A stretch of DNA of 63,949 nt, the filler included, from Pelomyxa schiedti (Eukaryota > Protista > Evosea): NCBI GenBank assembly GCA_020536535.1. It is 8 parts of 8 records of this genome, joined end to end, with 100 filler letters (N's around TTAATTAATTAA, not from the genome) between each part and the next. Parts side by side here need not be neighbours in the genome. Positions count along the whole stretch, not along the records: positions 24,626 to 45,121 come from JAHLWZ010000124.1; 7 more parts are not named here. One strand, written 5' to 3'. Under the pieces are notes generated by a model, which was not told the origin of the DNA, did no database searches, and was given only the letters and a program-made list of their open reading frames with translations. Each line of letters begins with the position of its first letter. The stretch's first letter is position 1. The translations under genes were made by a program, and so were the position numbers. This document shows, one piece after another, positions 27,698 through 40,761 of the stretch.

Positions 27698-27895
27698 CTT
27701 GGTTTTGTTAATATATACATGTTTATTTTCCCTTGCGTGTTGGGTGTTGAACACGCCACCTATCAATTCCCATAACGGTTTTTTCTCCAATCAACTTTTT
27801 GTAATTTTGGTGGCGCCTGTTCTCAACACCCACAAAGTGGTGGGCATTATTCACATAATTTAACGCGACTGCACACACGTTCATCTCATCAAGCC

Positions 27896-30768
27896 ATGTC
27901 ATTGAGGTGTGGGTTTGTTGGGTGGTCACCGACCCAGCCCCGCCGCCGCCGCAGCGACGCGGCCCCGCTGGTCCCCGTCGCGGTGCGCCCGGCACCGCCG
28001 CCCGATGCAACAGCGGACGGTCCGCGGGGTCGCGGGCGGGGGCGGGGCTGCGGTGGGCCCCCGAGCAGGCCGCCGCCGTTGCCCCCGCCCAAGCCGCTGG
28101 GGCGCCTGGATGCTGCCCAGGTCCAGGTCCAGGCCCGGGCACTGGCCGAGGCGCAGGAGCAGGAGCAGGAGCAGCAGGACGAGGAGTGGAGCAGGCAGCA
28201 GCGGGAGAGGGAGCTGTGGGAGCAGCGGGAGCGGGAGCAGAGGGAGAGGAGGCAGAGGGAGCAGGAGCAGAGGGACAGGGAGCGGCGGGGGAGGGAGCAG
28301 GAGCAGAGGGACGCGGAGCGGAGGGAACGAGAGCGGAGGGAGAGGGAGCAGAGGGAGAGGAGGGGGAGGGAGGTGGTGGGTAGCCTGTGCAAGGCTAGGT
28401 CACTACTGACTGGGATTGAGACGGCACAGCGCCAGTTGTGTGAGGTACACACCCATCATCTCTCTTTTTTTTTCTTTTTTTTCCCCCATTTACAGATGAT
28501 ATTACAGGTGATTCACCGCACTCGCTATCGCTGTGGTTATTATCTTGTTTCATAACTAAAGAGAATAGCGATAATCATGATAATTTGAAAATACCAACTA
28601 AAATTGACAAGAGCAGAGACTCGGCCCTGTTGGAACTCGACTCTTGTCACGCCAGAGTTGTTGAGGTGCTGAAACAACGCCATGATACCCAAGCTATTCA
28701 AATTCGGGACTTTTCTCTCCGCAAAGGCATTGGACATTACCTCACCTACTGTGCTCTTACAATAAAAAAACACAAAACAGAAAATGAGTTACAAAGTAGA
28801 AAGGCGTTTCTGGAAGCCTTGATAGCAACTCTCGAGAAGGAACAACAAAATCTCCAAGGCGAATTAGGGTTGGAAGAAAGAGGCATGGAGCCCCTACCAT
28901 CGGTAGAATCTATAGAACAGTGTTTTACTCCGGCCGTGAACTTTGTACCAACTCTCTTCGAGGAACTCTGCAACCAGTCGAAGAATTGTGGAAACATTTT
29001 AGAAGGTATTCTTGGTCCATTGTCTCTTAATATTTTAGCTTACCCTTTGAACCAGTTACCAGAGAGGATTTCAACTGGACCTGGCGGACTGAGCAACTGC
29101 TCCAGGTTTCAGAAGGCGTTGAGGAGATCACCACTCAACTGAAGACACCAGTCTTTCTGTCTATTATCCAGCATTTGCCGAAATCAGTTCTGACATGTCT
29201 ACAAAATACAACCATCTCCTCTGCCTTTCAACGTACACCACAACAACCACTCACAATTGAACTCTGGCATCAAAAGGAAGGCCCCGCTCAAGAGCAAAGG
29301 GATTTGGAACAAGCTTCGCCTGAGATTTGTGACTGTGAAATTACTTCTATTCCAAAGCCTTTGAACAGTGATGTTATGTATCAGTGGGAAGCAAAATTGA
29401 TACCAAAGAAAGAGGGTCACTTCGAAATGAACATTCTGAGTGGAAATAATCCTGTAAATAAACATCCAATCAAGCTAGTAGTTTATCAGAGTATGACACC
29501 ACACTCTTTTCTATTTTTGCAGCTTTCCCTAATGTCACTCAGAAGTACTTGCTCCAGTTGATGTACACATCACAGAAGGGCCAATTCTCAAATGGGCACC
29601 TTCCCCGCACGGCGCCGATCCCACCTCTTTTGTCATCCAAGCGTCTACAAATCCAAACCACGGCGACTGGGCAGATATTCACAGATCACCAGATGCCTCT
29701 TACTTCTTCAATCTTCCTGGAGAATATCTGAGTGAGGGAGGAGACGTATATTTCCGAGTTGCTGCACTCAGAGATTCCACTGCGAGTCCCTGGTCAAGTC
29801 CCGCAGTTTTCCGATGTTAGTCCCCACCCTTATCACCTCTTTACTTACCTAAAACTAGGGCTCCCACCCATTAATATGCGGATTGAGACCTTTCCCATTC
29901 TCACTTGGGAACAACCCCAAGGCAGCTGTCCACCTCTGACCTACATTCTGCAGCAAAAGTTGCACCATTCTGCCTCGTCTCAATGGACTGAAATGGAACA
30001 CAGCCACTCTATGACATTGCATGACATCTCCACTCTTGTGCGTGGGTTTTCCCCAGGAACAAGTTTTGACTTCCGCGTCGCATCACAGTGCGTTCGAGGC
30101 TGCGAACTTCCAGACAAGTGGACTTACCTGGAGAACGTTGCCGGTAATATTCATTTAGAAATCTAGACTTTTCTAACACACCCGGTAGCTCCTTTTTCCT
30201 GGGATCCGGCATCATGCCGCAATGTGGTTCTGCACGATGAAAAACAGACAGCTGTGGCCCAAGACGAGTCTGCAGTCTGGTCAAACGAGGTTACAGCTTG
30301 AACTTCCCGCGTTTACCTACTCACACTATTCAGGTGATTCAACCAGGAACCGTTGCAGTTGCACGCCTACGGGTTGTTTCCCGGCACAGAAAATGCAGCA
30401 ACCTCGGCTTTGGGATTGCCGGTCCAAGGTTGACAACAAACTCCAAAGGAAGAATGTTGCCGGCACCGCAAGGCAGCTTCTGTAAGAGCAAAGGATTCTG
30501 GGGCTTCAATTTGTACTCAAAACTGACTGCCCACGTGAATGGAATTCCGCAGAATCCCGGTGGAGATTCTGTTGGCTGTGAAGTTGCTGATGGTTCAGTG
30601 GTGCAGATGACAGTGGACTTCACAGACCCCCGGAATGGAACCCTGAGGTTTTCTGTTGATGGGATTGACAAGGGTGTGTTATGCTCTGGCATACAATCAC
30701 CACCAGGTTCAGTGTTCAGGGTGGCATTTTCTGCTTGCTGCCAGGAGCACACTGTCACTCTTGTATGA
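27896..30768 (+). CDS. Coiled-coil + filamin/Ig-like + two FN3 + SPRY-like protein (TRIM-like C-terminal architecture, no RING seen)
   Basis: Pro-rich then EQRERE coiled coil. Filamin-like PKKEGHFEMNIL...KHPIKL. FN3 repeats FQWAPSPHGA...YFRVAA and LTWEQPQG...FDFRVASQ. SPRY-like GSVVQMTVDF...GTLRFSVDGIDKG. Confidence 0.6.
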
Positions 30769-31015
30769 TGGCCCTTGCAGGCTCACACTTATATATTATT
30801 TGTCAGAGTGCACATAACAAAACGACTTGTGAATAAAAAAAACAGGCCTTGTGTCTTGTGACCTTGTATGATGATGCTTAATAACATCATGAAAATCATC
30901 ATGGTATGGTTTTGGGTAAAAGGGCTTGGTATTTTGATTTTTGGAATTAGCCGAAAATTGTTGTGGGTGTTGTGGTTGAGGTTGGTGTTTAGTTTGAGGG
31001 TGTGTGGGAATGGTG

Positions 31016-32890
31016 TCAGAAGAAAGCACAGAATCCGGAGCTGTCAATTGGCGGAGGTGCATGGGTTGTTAGTGTTGGGAATCCAAAGGCATTGGCAAGG
31101 TTGTCAATGGTGGGTTTGTTTTTGTACAAGACACTCATCTTGGCATTGATTACCTCGCATGCTGCTTTTGCAAATTCCTCCTTGTGTTGGTAAATGTGGG
31201 TTGCTCCTGGAATTTCCGCATAGTCACATGTTGCGGTGGTATAGCGGGCCCATTGCCGGCACTATTATATTTTGTTAGTTGAGTTGGTTTGCTTAATCGG
31301 CCATTATTTTCTACGACATAATTGTAATTAGGAGTGGTTCTTACGTGTTCTTCAGTCACAAATGGGTCCTTTGTTCCTCTGAAAACAGTGATTGGAACAT
31401 CAACTGGTGGGAAGTCCTTTTGTGCAATGTAGTCGCTGAAGTAATTGGTAGCCAGCTTGTACATCAACGGGTTCTTATCCGTTAATCGCTTTGGCAAACG
31501 GAAAACCTTTCGCGTGGTGAGGAGAGGACTTCACATAGAAACCTCCTCTTACTTGGGAAAGGGTTTCTGGGTCTGATAGATTTGGAATTGGGAAATGGGG
31601 TGGAATGGCGGCCCCAATGAAAATGTGCTTTGAAAAGTAAGAAATATAGTGTATTCAAAAGAACATACTGCAGGCTTGAGGCCAAGAACTCTTGGCATCA
31701 TATTTGCCAGGAAAAAGCTTCCAAAAGTGCCTTGAATGCATTGGCCATAAAAGCAGAATGGCCTCTGAATAACCCCAAACCTGGGAACATCTAAGGATAA
31801 ATTTTGAAAATCGGTTGGCACACTTGGGGTCTCTAAGCGCAGGAAGAATTGAACGCTCAAGGTCTTTGATATCAATATAGGGTTCTATGGCCTTCATAAC
31901 TCCTGCAGACAGTTTAGAGCAGGAGTTGCCCGAAGAGCTTACCAACCTAATCCAGGGTTGTCGAGAGTGAGTAATTCAAGATCCTCGGACAGAAATTTGT
32001 GCCAGCTTTTGAAAACGGTAGCTTGTACATGTCAGAGAAGCCAAAGAAGAAATAAGAAAAGAGACCTGATGAACCAAAGTTGGCAAACGCCAAAATCCGC
32101 GCGGTGGGGTTTTGAACTTTCCTGGGGCGGACCCATCTCTGTCTTTCATTTGGGTCCTTTGGAATTCTTCCAACCTTTAAATCTAAAAAGGGATTACTGT
32201 AAATTAAAAAATAAGAAGAGTAACCAGAAGCGTACCAGGTGGAACGGGAGGCACGTGGGCAGTGTAAAGCCTCTCACTCACATAAGGACCAGGGGATAGA
32301 CTCAGTTCAGTGTTAATGGTGGAAGAGGTGAAAATCCGGTCTGGCACGCTCTTTGGGCGTGCCAAGTAATCAACCCGTTCCTGTGGTGAGCTCAGTTAAT
32401 ATTACCTTCAGTGCACCACTAAAAAAAAATCTACTCTTTTCACATTGGCTATTTATGATTAATCATAAATAAACAATTAAAAAATAAAATTTACTTTTCT
32501 GTGTGTACTGTATTGTCCAGCGACATCAACAAACTTTTTACAGAGCGAAAAAAAAAAGTCTGCAACAACACAACAAACAAGTCAACAGCAACATCAACAA
32601 CAACACATCGGCATCAACCTCATACATACAAATTTGGGTACAGGAATGACACCCCTAGGCAGTGGCATCGTTGTTGTTGTCGTTTGTGGCTGCGACGACG
32701 TCGCCGGATTCGCCCCATCACTTGGTTGTTGCTGTTGTTGTTGCTGCTGCGGTGGTTGGACGACGACACCACCATCGTCGCCGCCATCGCCGTCGGGATC
32801 TCGTCGCTTCTCGCCCTGAGTCGTTGTGGTCGGCGCCGTTTTTGTCGGGGTCGCGTCCGCGGGTGGTGTCGCCGTCGTGGCCATCGTCAA
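31016..32890 (-). CDS. Type II thioesterase-like alpha/beta hydrolase with a Cys nucleophile, multi-exon (N-terminal exons less certain)
   Basis: RILAFANFGSS..TVFKSWHKFLSEDLELLTLDNPGLG, EPYIDIKDLERSILPAL, RPFCFYGQCIQG, PITVFRGTKDPFV and CRQWARYTT...IPGATHIY follow the TEII (GrsT/RifR) motif order. Confidence 0.75.
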
Positions 32891-33180
32891 AGGTCAAACT
32901 CAAATTAAATAGGAACAAACAAAAGGCAGATTCATCGAAGTCGATTTTTTGTCGTGGCAAACGTCAAATCTACATCCCTTTTTGTTGAAAACAACACAAA
33001 AAAAAAAAGTGGTAGTGATGGTGCTCCAGGAGGATTGAGGGAAAAAAATGAATGAATTAAATACTGGTAACTGAGGAGGAAGTGGTCTACTAGGTACAAA
33101 ATAAAAATCTTAGAAAGAAGGTAAGTTGTTGTGTTGTGTACATGGGGATGCATACTGGGGGTTTTTGGCTTTTTGGTTTG

Positions 33181-36100
33181 TTATCTGAGGGCTAACTTGG
33201 TCTTAATGAGTTGCTCAAGGTTTAGAACCGGCTGTTCTATAAGAAGGAACACAAGGCAGGCGGCAAAGTATGTGATAAATACATGCCCGATAAACAGGTA
33301 TAGAGCCTGGTACATGGTGAACGGTAGGAAGTTGCTAAAGTTGTAGTATGCCACGGCAATTATAATAGGGTGGACCAGGAATGCACTGTAGTTGAGCCGG
33401 GCCAGCGGGACCAAGGCACTGCCGCACATGACTCTCTGAAGCGGCCGGCATTGCCCGCTTAGCACCACAAGCATTAGAATGGATACACCGGCGGAAAACG
33501 AGGCACTGCTCAGCCCAATGTATAATACAGATTCAGCTGTGGTCCACTCATTCGAGAAGAACCGTATTTTGCCGAAAACCGGTGCCAAGATCAGGATACC
33601 TTGAATGCAAATTGAGAGAGTGGGACGGAACTAAAGATACACTGCTTACCTCCAGCAATCCAGATTAATAGAAGCCAGTACCATTTCGTATGGTTCTCCT
33701 TGGGCATTTGCAACAGTCTCGCTATTAAAATATGTAAGTAAAAGTGGATGGAAAAATAAAGCACCTGCTGTTATAAAGCCAAAGAGATAGGGAAAAGTTC
33801 GGGCCCAGGGCTACTTTTTTTTACAAAGAGAATGCAGAAGAAAATTGGATACCTTATCAAGAACCCAGTCCAACCATTCCTCAGAAAACATCTGTATATC
33901 CAACAATATAGCCATCAGTAATAAGTAACAGACATTGGCAGCACATATTATAATTGACACGATGTAGGCTACTCTTCTAATGCGGTGTAAGCAAATGTGT
34001 TGCTGTTTACAGATATACACGTTTTAAACGCGTAGAGCAATAAAAGAGGAGCACAGAATAGGTAAAGTTGCATATCGACTGCTAAGTACCATGTCCATAA
34101 CATGCACTGTTCGAGGAAATGTATGGGGTAGATGTTATTCCTGTGTACGGATTAGGTTCGCCTTCAAATAAAAGCGTACATGTACAATAGATTTGTCCAC
34201 CAGTATGTCGCACATGATTCCACCTGTTGCAATATATAAATGAAAACCGACATAGTGATTAAATGTGGTGGGTACCCCCATCGAAGAATGTTGGTATTGA
34301 GACCAGAATGGGCCGTCACCAAAATAGATACTCAGCTGTGTGTATACAATCAGGCAAAACCCGTAACTGATGGAATGTGAGTTTTTTTTTTCGAGTTATT
34401 AAAGGTGCCTTGGGATCAATCTCCAAGCTCTTTGAAGCAGAAATACAACCCAATTCATAGTTCCAGAGATTATTCGTGTTATGGAGAGGTAAGCTATCAG
34501 GAAACCACTAATATATAACAAGCAATCAATAGCAAAGTCAATTCCGAAAACCGCCTGAGGAGATCAGAAGCAAATCGAAAGACAACTAAAATAACTTGAA
34601 ATCCAGGATATTTGAAGTAGTTAGGCAGCACATCTGGATCTGCTACACCAACTTTGAATAGCAGCACAAAGGTAGATCCTTTTTTTAAAAATTAGAGCTA
34701 CCCAGGCTATTGTAGCAGTAGAACAAACTGACCCAAAATGATCCAAAGCATGCTGAGGAAACGTAAACCATTTAGAGAATCAAGTGTTGAGTGGCTTGTT
34801 ACTTCTAGCATCTGTCAACACTTAGCCGTGAAACATATAAAACGATGAACCTTCCAGAAATTGAGGCGAAGAGAAAAGCAATCAATAATACTCCACACAA
34901 AGTGCAACAGGTTTTCCTCATACACCCTTGAGAGGACAAGAGGTTGTTGATAAAACTGACTCCAATCACTCTGTTCTGGCTGTGGTGAGGGGGGCGACTC
35001 GGCTGGCGCTACTTCTGCAGGGGTTTCTGCTGTAGTTTCAGTGGGAGTGGCAGTTGCGGTTGTAGATGACGGAGTTTCACTCGAGGGATCTAAGAGTTAA
35101 TAAGATAGAATATACGGGTATCACTCACCAACCAACCTGTAGAAACAGGAGCAGGTTGAGCAACCATTTGCTGTATAATGGGCCGTTTTTTAATACTATT
35201 AGTGAAAACTTCATGTATTGTCCCTGTGAGGTGTATGAGAGCGAGTATCCCCATTGCTGTGATTGAAATAAAGGCAGCTGGCTAAAAGAGTATGAGACAG
35301 AAACCGAGTAGTATTGTGACTAACAGACAACTTCAGGTCCGCCACAGAACAATCTACCATAACCCCCGTCATGTTGTTGTTACCAGCAAGGCAACGCAGG
35401 ACAGAATAAACTTTTAAGAGGTCTGTATCATTGCACACAGTGGGCACACAGAATCCAATGTCATACCGCCTCTCCAAATATGCAGTCTGGTAAACCTGAA
35501 TTTTTTGGGTGAATTTCATGAAAAAAAAAAAACTAGTGGTATGCATACTTGACAATATTTGACCAACTTCTCAGATAAAAGTGTGCACTTAAACCAATTA
35601 CCAGCATCATTAAAAGATTTGCCACAAGCTTCAAGACCTAAAAATATGGAGTTAAAAGCAGTTTTGTATGTTATGGAAAAAAAATACTGCCAATAATTGT
35701 TGTTCTGTTCCACAAATTGGTTGAAGAGTTCTGATAAGCTACAATGAAAACCCGTTACCAAAAAAAAACAAGGTAATACTCTAACACCAATCTGGAAAAT
35801 AAAGAAGGCAAATCAAGGAAACGCCAACCTGATCTACAGCTTCTAGATAGAGTGATATTAACATCACAGCCAAAAACCACCCCCGTCCCGGCACCACTTG
35901 CGCCGCCGCCGTCCCCCCCCCTCCCATAATAATCCAGCCCCGAGCCCTCGCCTTGATCGTCGTCGTCTCCTTCCCCGCAGCCTCCCTCCCCCAGCGCCCT
36001 CCCAATCGCCCAGTCCGCCCCCGCCCCTGCCCCCACGTCGTAGTCCCAGCCGCCCCCCGCGATGGCCGCCCCCTCGTAGCACCCCCCCGTGGTGCTGGGC

Positions 36101-36231
36101 CCGGCCGCCACGCCCCCGCCCCCGCCGCGCGCCGTCCCCGCGCCCGCCGCCAGCGCACAAGCCACCGCCGCCGCGGCCCAGATCCCCGCCACGACACGCC
36201 CACTGTGCAGCATAGGCATCGCAGCTCCCAT
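33181..36231 (-). CDS. NRF-6/O-acyltransferase-like (acyltransferase 3) membrane protein, many exons
   Basis: Signal-like N-terminus, Cys-rich GFCVPTVCNDTDL, and TM motifs including WYLAVDMQLY and PLARLNYSAFLVHPIII. Confidence 0.85.
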
Positions 36232-36475
36232 CCCCCTGCTACCAATGCTTGATTTGCTGTTGTGTTTGTTCTGTTTCGAATCTTGGCTGTAGAAAATCAT
36301 GGCCCACGGGTGGCCAGGGACCTTCCGCGAAAGGCCGATTGCGGCAAGAGAACACAAAACAAAATAATTCCTCCTCGGAGGTAAGAGCACAGACGAGGAC
36401 CAACGCGAAACCTACCGACGAACAACAACGACAGCCGACTTGCTTCGCCAATAACAAAACAATCCCACAATTGTG

Positions 36476-39400
36476 ATGTACAACCAACCCGCGGCGACGA
36501 TTGTCACCACGTCGACAGGCACCCAGCTCGACGACGACGCCATGACGACCAGCACAACCGGGAGCAACGGTCCCATAACCACTTCTACGCTGCCCGGCAA
36601 CGGCGACCCCCAGGCTCAGGCCGCTGTCGACGCCGCCACAAACAGCCCGATCCCGCCCGTCCCATCATCGCCACCTCTTCCCCTCCCGCCCTCGTCCTTA
36701 TCTTCGTCGGCGACCCTGCCAGGTTCGACCACCGTATCTGCTACGATGCCGCCGCCGAGCGTCCCACAAGTACAACAGCCGCACCAGACCTCGCCCTTGG
36801 CAAATTCGCCCCCTGGGCTCCTGCAGTACGTCGTGAACGGCGTCGGCCTCGTGGACCTGCCGACGACGCCCACGCCCCCGCCGCCTCTTCCCAGGTCCTC
36901 GAGTATGCTCGATTCCGAGGAGACACAGGAGCCGTCCTCACTCGCACTTATGGGTATGGGCATGCCCCTGGTCGGTTTCTCAACTGGTACCACGATCGGT
37001 ACTGGGACTGGGAATGGTGATGTTACTCCTCTGCCTCTTGGAGTGGTGAATAATCTTAATGATGGGACTGGTGGCGGTGTTGTTGACACTTGTACTACTT
37101 CTGGGAATGTGCCTTCCGTGAAGAAAAAGCACAGTGACGTAAAGGGGAAGATGAAGCACAAAGGTGTGTATTTCCCACTTATGGGTGTGTTGGCACTTGA
37201 ATAACCTTTTGTTAAAAATGTAGGATTAAAGGCTGAAAAAGCAGGAACACCACCAAAGTCAAAAAAGAGCAAGAAGACTACAAAGTCCTCTTCACCATCC
37301 AGGCACCCCACTGGTAGCAAATCAAAGAAAAGCCAGGCCACCACCACCAATACCACCTCCACAACCACGGACACCACTGATAGTGCAGCCACCACCACTA
37401 TTAATGCAACTGCCACAGCTGATAACGCACCTGCCACCTCTAGTAATACCACTGAGGCCACTAGTACTGCTGCACCTGCCACTGAGAAAACAGAGCCGAA
37501 ACCAAAGAGCCCAACCAAGAAGAAGAAGTCAGCAAAGAGCACACAGGAGTCAAAGGAAGACACCAAAACATCAACTCCACAGAGGTCCCGGCGCAAGATA
37601 GCGACTCCATCACCATCCCCTGGTGTGAGCACAAGGGCCACTCAAGTATCTCCCGCCTTTTTTGCACTTGACACTCCCCGCACAAGGAGGGTGTGCAGGC
37701 AGCTTGGCAGCAAGGTGATGGGTGCTTCAGATGTATCCCTTCAGGATTTCCTGGACGAAAAGCTGATAATTCCTGGACAGGAAATCTCATGTATGTACCC
37801 TCTTCACAGCTTTGTCATGTAACGCTCTTCCTCACCTAGATTCTGGACCTGGGAAGTGCCCCTCTTGCACAGTAACAAAGCATGGCTGGCTAAATACAGA
37901 TAACTCGACCTTCCCAAATATTGAACTCTGGCTTCAAGCCTCAGCTGTTGGAACCACTGCTCGCAAGGCTGTACAAAATACTGTGGACTTATGGAGCCTT
38001 GCATCCACAAAGAAGAATCGGCTCTCTGAAATGAGGGATCACTATCTGGACATCAAGGCTGAAATTGCTGCTGAATCTTCCAGGCCCAAAAGGTTTCGTG
38101 ATGTTGTTGCAGATAAGGTATAGGCATCAGCCCTCACAATTTTCTCGTTTTAAACAATCTAAGGAGCAAGATGAGGATATCCCCGAATCCACTCCAGATA
38201 CTGCTACTGTTGGTGAATCAGATAGCCAGTTCATTCCACCCTCTCAGGATTTTGAAGAGTCCGAACCTGGGCCACTTGCCTCTGAAGCTTCACTCACACC
38301 AACTCCAGCCTCAAGTAAAGAATGCTCGATTGGCTCAACACAGCCTAAGAAGGGAAGGAAATCGCGGGAGGCTTCCTCAGAGTCAAGTGAGGAAGAATCG
38401 CAGGGAATGGGCCCTCTCCAGGAGACACCAGCAAAGAAAAAGGAAAAGGCCAAGGCTGGAAAAGCACCCAAAGGTTCTGGCACTACAAGTAAAGAACTAG
38501 CCAAAAAGAAGGAGGAAGAGAAGAAGAAGAAGGAGAAGGAGAAAGATAAGGAAAGGGAAAGGGAGAGGGAGAGGGAGGAGAAAGAAAGGGAAAGGGAGAA
38601 GGAAAGAGAAAGGGAGGAGAAAGAAAGGGAAAGGGAAAGGGAAAGGGAAAGAGAAAGAGAAAGAGAAAGAGAAAGAGAAAGAGAAAGAGAAAGAGAAAGA
38701 GAAAGAGAAAGAGAAAGAGAAAGAGAGAGGGAGGAGAAACAGAAACAGAAACAGAAGCAGAAGGAACGCGAGAAAGAGGAGAAAACCCTTTCTAAGGCAA
38801 GTAAAAAGAAGGCTCCTGTCAAACCCGNNNNNNNNNNNNNNNNNNNNNNNNNNNNNNNNNNNNNNNNNNNNNNNNNNNNNNNNNNNNNNNNNNNNNNNNN
38901 NNNNNNNNNNNNNNNNNNNNNNNNNNNGAAAGAGAAAGAGAAAGAGAGAGGGAGGAGAAACAGAAACAGAAACAGAAGCAGAAGGAACGCGAGAAAGAGG
39001 AGAAAACCCTTTCTAAGGCAAGTAAAAAGAAGGCTCCTGTCAAACCCGCAGAAGCGGAAGAGAAGGCACCATCCACCAAGAAAGCACCTGAAGTTCAGAA
39101 AAAGGACAAGGAGCCAGCCCCTATGTCTCCACCAAACAATGATGAGCGGTCCCCACCACTCCCCTCAACACTCCAGGCACTACTGAACAGAGAGCCGCCA
39201 AAGGTGCCACTCTTTGTTGCAGAAACACAAGAAGCTGGGGAGTATTGCCCAACTCCAGCCAAGCCCGATTACTCCAACTATGGTGAGGAAACCCAAGCCC
39301 CCGACATGTTCTCAAATGATTTACCAGTTGGTGGTGGATACTACACACCACAATCTTCCAACCAGCCTCCCACCACCAGCAACAACATTGTTGAAGAATC

Positions 39401-40761
39401 ACAGTTCAACACTGAAATGGTCAACAAGATAATGGAAAAAGCAGAGCATGAACTCGTTGACAAATCTCATGCTGCTTCCCCACCTAGTGTTGTTCAACAG
39501 CCTTCTCGCAGAGTCCAGCCTGAACCTGTTGCTGTATTCAAGCAGCCAGCTCTGCCTGTTCCATCAGTGGAACCTGCAGTTCGTGAAGCCACCAGATGCC
39601 CACCAAAGAAATCCAAGATAGCAAGAACACCAAGTCCTCAACCAGTCGCGGCAGCCGCAGCAGAGTCTGCTGCCAACAAACCACCCAAGGTAAATGAGTC
39701 CATACCGCCAGAAAAACCACAACCAAAGCCACATCAACCTCCTTCACCACCACAGCAGCCTCAGAAAAGAGCACCAGAGCCAACTTCAATACAACAACCT
39801 GCCTCAGCCCCAGTCAACAAGAAACCCAAGGTTGCTGTGGAAAGCACTTCTGTGGTTAGCTCCTCCAAATCGGGCTCGAGGAGCAACTATGTCATCCTTC
39901 CCACTTCAGTTCGTGGAAATCTGCTTGTTCACTTGAGGATGACTGTTGAGAAATGTGGGGGCAGAGTTGTTGCCAACATGAGCTCTGAAGTTACCCATGT
40001 TGTGGCTATTGTCAACCCATCAACAACGAGGGTTGAGGAAATGAGCTTCAAGTATGCATGTGCCGTACTGGCTGGGTGCTGGATTGTTTCGTTTGACTGG
40101 GTCATGCACAGCTTCAATGCTGGCAAGTGGTTGGATGAAACAAGGTAGATTACATCATGTCTCCCGAGCCCTTTTCACTTACCTATACATAGGTATGAAG
40201 TCTCTGGTGATCCCAATGCCCTTGGAGCACCAAAGAAGGGTAGGAGGCATAAGGAAAACATCCTTTCTGGAGCTCCTGATGTTGGACTCTTTACCAATCA
40301 CTCATTCTTCTTCAGCCCACGCATTGACCCAATGGTTGTTGAGACTATTTCTTACTTCAGCTTATTCTAACAAATCGTGTTTCAGGTGTGCACACGTCTG
40401 GCCGAATTGGTACACATAGGAAAAGGAGAGGTCCTCAAAGAAACACCCTCTCCCCCAACCAACATCACAGAGCTAAGAGGTAGCTATTCCCTGAACTTTC
40501 GATTCCTAACAAATGACATAATACGCAACAGAGAGTGCAGCCACCACAGGTAAGATAATCCACGTTGTGGGTGACAAGCTGTGCTCAATGGAGGATGCCA
40601 AGAAGCTATACCTGCAAACAGGCCGCCCACCTCTCTCATATGACTGGGTTCTCCAATGTGTCAGTGAGTTCCGCGTTGTTGACACATCCCGATACATAGT
40701 CGATGTGGTAAGTGGCGATGACATTGCCGCTCTGGAGGCACAGGACTCGTTGGCTTTCTGA
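36476..40761 (+). CDS. Large low-complexity nuclear protein with a RAMA-like domain and C-terminal BRCT repeats
   Basis: VSLQDFLDEKLIIPGQEIS|YSGPG...HGWL...FPNIELW...DLW...RLSEMRDHYL (RAMA-like). BRCT: CGGRVVANMSSEVTHVV...FKYACAVLAGCWIVSFDWV, and a second repeat ending LSYDWVLQCVS. RE-dipeptide tract in between. Confidence 0.75.
38545..38730 (+). repeat. Coding (GAAAGA/GAAAGG)n tract encoding an RE/KE repeat
   Basis: Read directly. True length is uncertain because a gap follows. Confidence 0.9.
38828..38927. other. 100-N gap with duplicated flank (~38707-38827)
   Basis: Read directly. It creates an apparent frameshift in the BRCT gene. Confidence 0.9.

Noticed and set aside
32340-32535. MbtH-like words (VDVAGQYS ... 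RPKSV) upstream of the thioesterase domain
   Set aside because: The invariant MbtH Trp residues and spacing are missing, so this is probably chance.
38244-38822. Long antisense S/L-repeat ORFs (also 60391-61233, and many GC-rich overlapping ORFs at 27.7-28.5, 35.8-37.6 and 55.3-56.3 kb)
   Set aside because: They are shadows of low-complexity coding sequence on the other strand or frame.
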